A DNA stretch of 64,000 nucleotides. Source: Adineta vaga (taxonomy: Eukaryota > Animalia > Rotifera). Shown piece after piece: positions 52,518 through 64,000 of the stretch; the stretch's first letter is position 1, and every line of letters begins with the position of its first letter. The stretch covers positions 13,144,001-13,208,000 of the forward strand of contig CP075496.1 of assembly GCA_021613535.1 (NCBI GenBank). The letters run 5' to 3'. The notes under the pieces are model-generated. The model did no database searches. It was not told where the DNA came from and worked only from the letters and a program-made list of their open reading frames with translations. The translations under genes and the position numbers were made by a program.

Positions 52518-52827
52518 CTGATTTGATTTGTTTATATGAATGGAGTTGAAAGATGTTTATGTTTATATACTAATCTTGATGTCCGTGAAGCGAGATTAAT
52601 GAAGGAAAATCTGTTGATCTGCTATCAAATGTCATTGTTCTTAATATGACTGAGAGATTTTTAGAGAAAGAAGACAGAAATTGTTTGAACATGAAATTTA
52701 TTTTATTTAATAATAAAAAATATATACGAAACAAAACAGAATGGGATGATTGAATATATAATCAAAGGAGAATAATGAAAATCTGACACTAGAATCAAGT
52801 AAATAAATACAGTTACAGTTTATGATT

Positions 52828-54818
52828 TTAATTTATATATGCTAGACGTTGTTCAATATCTCTAAAGAAAAATAGATTGATAGTGATTGACATTTGTCAA
52901 CTATGTAACTTTATATTTTACCTAAATGTCACTAGAAGTTCATCTCGTTTTTGGATTAATATATTCAAAATTTCATCATTCGAATAATCAATATGTTCAT
53001 CATCTAAAACGATATTATTCAACATTTTCTTTTTTTATGTTTGACATTTTATAGAGATTACCTTGTCGAGAGTCATCAATGATGACCATACTCGTATTAT
53101 TTCCATATTGCTCATGATGATCAATATTATTTCGATGATGATTATTATCATTGACCATAATTGAAGTAACTTGTGTTAAAGTACTGTCTTGCGATGATTG
53201 AACATTATTTGAAGGATAGATGATTGAGCGTTGATGGTGGTGGTGGCGGTGGTCGTGATGATGAGATGGAGGAGGACTGTCATTTATTGGAGGATGACCA
53301 TTCGTTACAACTGGACGAAATGAATGATGATGGCGACGTTTGACAGGAGAAGGTGATGATGATGTGCGTGGAAGCTCACATTTGGAAGAGGATGATGGCG
53401 GTGGCGGCGGTGGTGGAGGAGGACGATGCCATACTGATGAATGATGATTTTCATCACGTGTAGGACAAAGATCAATTTCATTTGTAATCGAATTTGATGA
53501 GGAGAGGCGAATTTCTATAGTTGGAGATGTTTGAATACACGCATCCTTTTGTTAGAAGAAATGATTTTCGTAATTTAAAGAGAAAATATGAACATACCTG
53601 TAATGTTTGTGTCGTTGATTCTGCATATTGTTTAATGGGGATCGGAGTTATTACAGGTTGTTTGATTGGTTCTGGTTCTATATTGATGACTGGTGTTTGC
53701 TGCTTTTCTGGTTGTGGTGATAAGGGTTTTGCAATGGGAGGTGGTGGTGGTGGAACTACTGCAGGTATCTCAACAGGCATATACGGAAGAAGTGAATGTC
53801 CAGAAGATATATTGGTTCGATTTGATACCTAGAAAACGAACGTATGAAAAGATTGACTTAGAATATTTGATGTATACTTTCGATGAAAATGTTATTGGTT
53901 CACCATTATGTGCTTGTTCTAATCGTCTTCGTAATCGCCATTGATATAAAATATCCTCTTCAGTTCCATCATTTTTTAAATCAAATTTTGAATCAGCTAA
54001 AAGAAAAGGTATCAAACATATTCTTAATTGTAAATCTATTTTCTTCATAAGTTACTAATTCGTGTAAATAATGGTCGTGCTGGTTGTTCTCGAATAGTAG
54101 GTTGAAAAGTGCTGGTGGTAGTTGTAGTCATCGTCGTCGAAGGGGTAGAACCAATACCAACACTTGACACATGTCCAATATCAGATGAATGAGCACTAAC
54201 AGTTTGATGAAGAAGTAACGATGCTCGTTTACTTAAATCATGATCGATATCTGTCGAAGGAAAAACCTATAAAATCATTTATGATGAATTCTTTTTTTTC
54301 TAAAGTCATGAAAAAGATCATTTTTACTTCAATAAACTCGGGAATATTTGCTTTGCGTTCATCATCTCTGTCCGTATCAGAACCATATGTATTTTTCAAT
54401 TCATCTAGATTTTATAGAATTTATAGAATAGATTTCAAGAGTAGATAGGAATATTACCATGTAACCACCAAAAATCAGAATTGATTGATTCTCGATCTGG
54501 TCGTGCTTGAGGTTCATCATGACGAAAACGATCAACAAGTCTAGTAGAAGAAAAAGCTCATCTTTTAGTTGCAAGATCTTTGTTAACAAACTTTTTTAAT
54601 GTTGCTGGTTCATCATTTGTTTTCGATGTTGATACATCAACAGCTTTCTTCGGTGAAGAATGAGATCTAAATTATCAGATATTGTGAAAAAGTCTCTTTC
54701 AGATTAGTTTCATATGGTTTTCTTACATAGACGGAACATAAGTTGGTCGTTTGTTGACTGGACGTATATTTCCCGGTGGCGTGATATAACGACGTGTAGT
54801 TCGATTAGATACTTGCAT
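52828..54818 (-). CDS. PROSER3: Proline and serine-rich protein 3-like
   Basis: Motifs VDRFRHDEPQARPDR...DFWWL, EEDILYQWRLRRRLEQA and C-terminal NDEILNILIQKRDEL...DIEQRL. Confidence 0.75.
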
Positions 54819-55255
54819 TTTTCTACTTTCTATAAATCAGATCTAATCAGTTTATTATAATAGATGACTTTGTAGCCATGATCAATGAGTATCTCGACTT
54901 CCGTTGTGAAGCAACTTAAAGTCACAGAAAAAGCCTTGTTTTACAGACATTTTACCATAAAAACATTTTGTTAAAAAGAAAAATTAAAGAAAAATTTCTA
55001 TAATCTTCATTTCAAAATGTTGATAGATGTCAGGAGTAATGAATTTTATCCATTGGTTCATAAAAGTTATATTATTTGTTAAAAGTTCTTTCCCATTCGT
55101 TCGTTTTCTATTCTAATTTATGTTCACGTCAACATGTCGAGACAAAAATTTTCTTATTTATTCTTCTCTTCTTATCTGCATCTATATGAGATCATAAGTG
55201 CACAACACTTCTACATTCATTCGGTTAAATCATCATTCTAACCAATTTATTTAAC

Positions 55256-57360
55256 ATGAGTACTAGTTTACAAGAACGTATGAAAGAAAAAGTTGATTAT
55301 ATCTATCAACGTTTACGTACACAACTTACAAATAGTGGCTCCTCAAATGCATCACAACAACACGTAGTCTTTGTCTTTGGAGCATCGGTATGTTTCATTA
55401 ATTTCGAACATATATTGAAATTACATTTTCTCTCAGGGCGATTTAGCTAAGAAAAAAATCTATCCAACACTATGGTTCGTATAAAACAAAGACCTTTAAA
55501 ATGGCTTAATCTTATTTTTTATTTGTAGGTGGCTTTATCGCGATGGATTTATACCGGAAAATACTCTCTTTATTGGATATGCTCGTAGTCAATTGACAGT
55601 TGACAAGGTTTTTCATAATGCTGACAAATATATGAAAGTAAGAGAAGAAAAATGTTATATATATTTTGTCGTTTATTTACCTTATGATATAGGTTCAAGA
55701 TGATGAACGTGATGCTTATGCGAAGTTTATTAAATTAAATTCATACGTTGCTGGTTCTATGATAAACCCGAAGATTTTGAACATTTGAATTCGGAAACAA
55801 ATAAAATATCTGGACAAGCAAATGCTGCTCGATTTTTTTATCTTGCTCTACCGCCAAGTGTGTATGGAAGTGTTTCAGAATTGATTAGTAAACATTGTCG
55901 ACCGGAATCGTACGAGAATCTTTTAAATCTAATTTTATTAATTGAATTTTTCTTCTTAGACCTGGATTTTTACGATTAATTGTTGAGAAACCGTTTGGCA
56001 AAGATCTTGAAAGTTCAAATAAATTATCAGAACATTTAAGCAAATTCTATTCGGAAGAAGAAATTTATCGTATTGATCATTATTTAGGAAAAGAAATGGT
56101 TCAAAATATAATTGTATTAAGATTTTCGAATAAAATATTTTCACGTGTTTGGAATCGAGATTCTATTGCTGCTGTCAATATTATTTTCAAAGAAGATATT
56201 GGAACACAAGGACGTGGAGGATATTTTGATGAATTTGGAATTATTCGGTATGTATTCTATTTTAGATTTGATGAGAAAACAATTCTATCAATGATTGAGT
56301 ATTTCTAGTGATGTAATTCAAAATCATTTGATGCAAATTTTATCCATTGTTGCTATGGAAAAACCACGTTCGGCCACAGGTGAAGATATTCGTGATGAAA
56401 AAGTCAAAGTATTACGTTGTATAGCACCCATTAAATTAGAAGATGTTGTTATTGGACAATATACTGGCGATAAAGATTCAACAGATCCTGAACGACAAAA
56501 AGGTTATTTAGATGATCCAGGTGTACCAAAAGGTTCAACAACACCAACATATGCGCAAGTAGTAATGTTTATCAATAATGAACGATGGGATGGTGTTCCT
56601 TTCATTTTACGTGCAGGTAATTTTTCTTGAAATGAGAATAAACGATCTCGTCAGAAAGTCTTCAAACTATTCGTATCTTTCCAACACGAAAAACGCAATT
56701 TTAATAGTTTCGAATAAGCAGTCCTTGACTATATTACATAGATCATTAAAGAGATGTCATTCAATTTTACACCTCTATTTGTTATTTTTTTCCTTAGGCA
56801 AAGCATTAAATGAGAAAAAAGCTGAAATTCGTATTCAATTTCATGATGTACCCGGTGGCATGTTTGACGAAGAACTAACCGAAAACAGCGTAAAAGGAAC
56901 ATTAGCTCGTGACGAACTTGTCATTCGTGTCCAACCCAATGAAGCTATCTATCTCAAAGTAAATACAAAACGTCCCGGTGAAATGGGTTTTAGTATTGAA
57001 GAAACAGAATTAGATTTAACTTACAACGAACGTTATCAAGGTGTGAAATTACCTGATGCCTATGAACGTTTGATTCTCGATGTCTTTACTGGTTCGAAAA
57101 TAAATTTTGTACGTTCGGATGAATTACAAGAAGCATGGCGTATTGTTGATCCGATACTTGCTGAAATTGAAAAGAAAAAAATTCCTGTTATTCCATACAA
57201 ATTTGGCTCTGTGGGTTTACGTGAAGCATTTGCTGGCGCTGCTAAACATGGTTATATCTATACAGGCACATATGTATGGAAAGATGAACGATCAGGATCC
57301 CTGACATATCCAACGAATGATAAAGATCGTTCGAAATCTGATGCGAAAGAAACAAAGTGA
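55256..57360 (+). CDS. G6PD: Glucose-6-phosphate dehydrogenase
   Basis: [89 protein letters not shown]. Confidence 0.97.
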
Positions 57361-57579
57361 ATTTGTTGTGACGATTTTCTTCTTCGAACAATTGCTGTTT
57401 CATTTAATCTGTGACATTGGTAGTACTTTGGTCATGATCGTTTTCTTTTTCTGCGATCTTAGGCTTGTTCTGCCTTTTCTTTTTCTTCATTTAGTTTAGT
57501 TTCTTTAAAAAAGAACGCTTAGTATTATTTATATGCTTTCTTTTTTATTATTCTCATACTAAACATTTTCATTGTAGAT

Positions 57580-58404
57580 ATGAGTTTAACAGGAGGATAT
57601 CATCTTCCAAAAACAAATGGAAATATGCCACACGATGATCTTCTGATGTTGGATGGAACTTCATTACAGCAGCAACAAAACAATCTACAATCTCAACCAC
57701 AAAGACCATCAGCTCCATTCTATTTATTAAATCATTTTTCCTTAGAATCACCACCAACTGGTAGTACAAATCTCATTGATCATTGGGGTTTAAGACGTGA
57801 TTTTGATAAATATGTTAAACAACCAATATCACCTTCTCTAAGTGATTTTTTAACTGATATTCCATTAGCTGAAACAGCACAACATAAAGCAGCTTCATTT
57901 GCTAGTGACGCACATGGTGGTGTTGGAACGTTACGTTCTTTATTTGCCGGTCCAATTATTTCCAAAGAAATTTTACCACTTACAGAACAACAATTAAGTG
58001 CATTTCGTTTACTTCGTGAACCAATTTTACCTGAAATGTATCAAATCTATACAAGTTCACCGAAAGAAATACGTACGGCACCTACTACAGATACTCTTCT
58101 TCCTCCACCAGTTGCAAATTCACTTCCTGGACCATCTCCACAAGTTCAACGGGTTCTTAATGAACAAACTTCACGTATTTCTCCAGACGTCAAACGAAAA
58201 GCACCAGCAGATGCACCACCTATTAATCAACAACAGACAACAACGCCAGTAGCTGGAATGCTACAAAGAACGACAAGTAGTACACCAACATTGTCAAGCA
58301 ATACAAATCTTCCATCGAGTAGTGGACATTTAAATGATGATCAAGATGAAATGAATTTATCTAAAAGAAAACCAAAGAAAACTAAAAAAGAAAAAAAACT
58401 TTAA
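57580..58404 (+). CDS. MED19: Mediator subunit 19, single coding exon
   Basis: PFYLL...TGSTNLIDHWGL...SLSDFLTDIP...LRSL...LSAFRL; Lys-rich C-terminus. Confidence 0.85.
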   Translation: MSLTGGYHLPKTNGNMPHDDLLMLDGTSLQQQQNNLQSQPQRPSAPFYLLNHFSLESPPTGSTNLIDHWGLRRDFDKYVKQPISPSLSDFLTDIPLAETAQHKAASFASDAHGGVGTLRSLFAGPIISKEILPLTEQQLSAFRLLREPILPEMYQIYTSSPKEIRTAPTTDTLLPPPVANSLPGPSPQVQRVLNEQTSRISPDVKRKAPADAPPINQQQTTTPVAGMLQRTTSSTPTLSSNTNLPSSSGHLNDDQDEMNLSKRKPKKTKKEKKL

Positions 58405-58538
58405 TATTCACTGATTCTTTTCGCTATTGTTTTCTTTTTTCTTTTTTTTCTACTAATTGTTAATATCACTGCAGAAATCTCGGATTTTTTTTCTTTCTAG
58501 ATTTTATTTCTTTCTTCGTTTGCTGATATATCAAAATT

Positions 58539-61220
<2,682 letters not shown>

Positions 61221-61623
61221 CTTTCCTCATTTTTTTTCTATGATATTTCTAAACATTCTGTATTGTTACATTCCGTTGATCCTTCCTTTTAATTATAGTC
61301 AAAACCCAGTGTAAACCAATTTTAGTTTTTAATTTATTATTTTCCCCTCTTATCGAAATAAGAACAAAAGAAAAACTTTCAACTATTTACTTTTCTCCCA
61401 TTACATTATATGTCGTAATTATGTGCAATAACGCGTTTCACTTTTTTCCTCTGTCGTAACTTATGTTAACGCATACCTTTTTCTCTTTCTATCTGTATTG
61501 ATGATTTAAGACAAAACTATAAAAAAAACATGATAGACCTTTTTCGTTCAAATTTTATCCCTACATTAAAACGAAATGACTGAATTTAATTATCTTTTCT
61601 TCTTTCTTTTCAATTTTTAAGAT

Positions 61624-63252
61624 ATGAGTCAATTAGTTGAACGAAAAGGTTTTAAGATCGAATCAACCTTACCACAAAAGAAAAAAACAAAAGAGAAAAA
61701 ATCCCAAACAAAAATTACTGAGCAAGTGAAGATTATTGATGATGATGCATACATACCTTGGAGTGCGAAGAATGAACCAGCTGCAAAAATCATCGATGAA
61801 GAAATTGTTTCAGTTGAAGATGCTCCAATTGTTGTTGGTATGGAATCATTTGGGAAAAGTAAATAAGAAAAAGTAAAATAATTTATTTAGGTATTGTTGA
61901 TGAACGTCCGTCCACTGTTCAAGAAAAAGAACGATTCAAAGATGCTAAACGATGGAAAACAGCAGCTTTTGAAGTAATCCCTGAACCTGGTAGTATTGGA
62001 CCTCAACCAAAATCTCAAAAAACTTCATCGAGATCTCGTCAAAAACAAAATGCGTCTGATGATAGCGATCCAGAACTTGACCGCGATTCTACGAGAAAAA
62101 ACGGTGATGCTGATTTATCACCACCACGACGAAGAACTCAACAAAAGGGTGATGATGATCCATCTCCTCCAAGAAGAAGAAGACAGCAATCTGAAGATGA
62201 TCCAAGTCCACCTCGAAAACGGAATTATTCTCCGCCTCGTCGAAAACAATCGAAAGACAATGATCCAAGTCCACCACGACGTCGTGACGCATCACCGCCC
62301 CGTCGAAAGCAACCAAGAGATGATGATCCAAGTCCACCTCGAAAACGTGATTCTTCGCCACCTCGCCGAAAGCAACCGAGAGATGATGATCCAAGTCCAC
62401 CACGACGTCGTGACGCATCACCCCCACGAAGAAAGCAACCAAGAGATGATGATCCAAGTCCACCACGAAGGAAGCAACCGAAAGATGATGATCCAAGTCC
62501 GCCAAGACGTCGAGATCGTTCTTCACCATCTCATCGAAGAAATGATCGTCACTCTCGACAAGATTCTCCACCATCATCTAGTCATCGTCGTCAACCAAAA
62601 AACGAACCATCATCACCACCAACGCATCGTCGATTGAAACAAGAATCACCTCCACCATCGATTCAACCCGCTAAATCTGAACGAAGACGATTGGCAGAAC
62701 ATAAGGAGCAAGTCGCTGAACGATATGCACAATGGGGTCGTGGTATAGCTCAAGTTCGACAAACTGAAAATGCAGTCAAAGATTATTTAGAGCAATCAGA
62801 AAAACCTTTAGCACGTTATCGTGATGATGAAGATCTGGATGCTATGTTGAAAGAAAGAGAACGTGAAGGTAAATATACAATAAATCTCTTTCTACATTAC
62901 ATTGACATTGATCTTTGATTTTTACTTTGTTTTAATTAGATGATCCAATGCTGAAATATCTTACAAAAAAAAGTTCTAATACAGGTGATCGATCAACTAA
63001 TAGTAATAGTGCTCCAGTGAAACCTCGTTATAAAGGACCTGATCCACAAAAGAACAGGTATGAATAGAATCGTCTTACCTAATTGACAAAATATATCTCT
63101 ATATGTATACATTTAGATTTGATATCTGGCCTGGCTACCGATGGGATGGTGTTGATCGTTCGAATGGTTATGAGAAGAAATTATTCGAAACAATTGCCAA
63201 TCGACATGCTAAGACACAGGAAGCATATCTGTGGAGTGTAGAGGATATGTAA
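61624..63252 (+). CDS. BUD13: BUD13 (RES complex splicing factor)
   Basis: DxSPPRR repeats; YAQWGRG; [26 protein letters not shown]; [21 protein letters not shown]...AYLWSVEDM*. Confidence 0.93.
62195..62520 (+). repeat. Coding minisatellite (~60-bp units) in the BUD13 SPPRR region
   Basis: GATGATCCAAGTCCACC-like unit recurs about 6 times, alternating RKRNYS/RKRDSS and RRRDAS variants. Confidence 0.85.
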
Positions 63253-64000
63253 ATAAGGATGTATTATTTTTTTTGTTTCTTGTTTGAAAATAAAACTACA
63301 GATTTTGCTATTTTGCTTTTCTGTAAAACAATCTTTAATGAGATTGAACATCTTATTTTTCTTCTCGATTAGGATCTGATAATAAATTTATCAATTATAA
63401 CAAAAACTAAATCTCTTTTCTTTTGTTTCTACTTATCGATTTGCATCACTACTGTTACTAATATGATCATTAGCACAGAAGTATATTGAAGACAGTATCT
63501 CTTATAGACTTTGGTGTCAAAATACATCAAATTAATGTATATTTACATGGAAAAAGATTTTCGCTTAAAAAATAAAGAGTTCAATCATTTACAAAAGTAT
63601 CAGTGATAAACGAGAAAATAGAATATATAGGTTATTTTTTGATTGTATAATAATTTTAATTTCTTATCATATTTTATACGATAAAAATACTTCATCTGTT
63701 CAATTCATTTCTTTCTTTTTCTTGTCACAACTTATTGTCTTGACAATTCTTCTCAATTAACTTTCAAAAACAGATTTTTCAAATATATATAAATCAATTC
63801 ATTTCATATGATGTCTCTTCGTTGTCATCATCATTGCATCTCACCACGTGAAACATCAACGGTTATTTCATTATTCATGTCATACGTCAAAATTTCAAGT
63901 GACTCGTGAACAAATTGAAAAAAAAGACGAAGAAGAAGATGTTCATCATGCGTGTCAAGTAAAGAGGTTGTAGATGATGACTATTCTTCAACATATTCTT

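Noticed and set aside
61996-62637. 213-aa and 162-aa repeat ORFs, and a superficially CRISPR-like repeat pattern
   Set aside because: These are alternative-frame and antisense shadows of the BUD13 DDPSPPRR coding repeats; the 'spacers' are themselves related, and the context is eukaryotic.

Overview
AT-rich eukaryotic genomic DNA with many 50-65 nt GT-AG introns. The intron size, the F-box and CPCS...CSS/FG-GAP gene families and the HGT-like genes point to a bdelloid rotifer (Adineta/Rotaria-like); this is an inference. Layout: (1) 0-7.7 kb, tightly packed + strand run PSMA6 (partial), Ig-less DCC/neogenin-like receptor, GPN3, BRF1. (2) 7.7-22.5 kb, unstable island with two solo LTRs, a truncated inverted LTR copy, five MITE/foldback elements, several pseudogenes and one intact F-box gene. 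(3) A protocadherin with a long gene-poor upstream region, and an orphan gene. (4) An intronless fungal-type AlkB-like dioxygenase, dynein intermediate chain, and an integrin alpha with two alternative GFFxR tail exons. (5) Two secreted low-complexity Q/Y/G/P-rich proteins and a secreted stand-alone cholesterol-dependent-cytolysin domain 4. (6) PROSER3 head-to-head with a second tight + run: G6PD, MED19, ATP6V1A, BUD13. Best leads: candidate SL-trans-spliced operons (unpaired AG|AT acceptors before every downstream gene), the CDC-D4 mini-protein, the A/B integrin tails, and a DCC reduced to FN4-6. Exon boundaries were read by eye and homologies recalled from memory, so coordinates may be off by a few bases.
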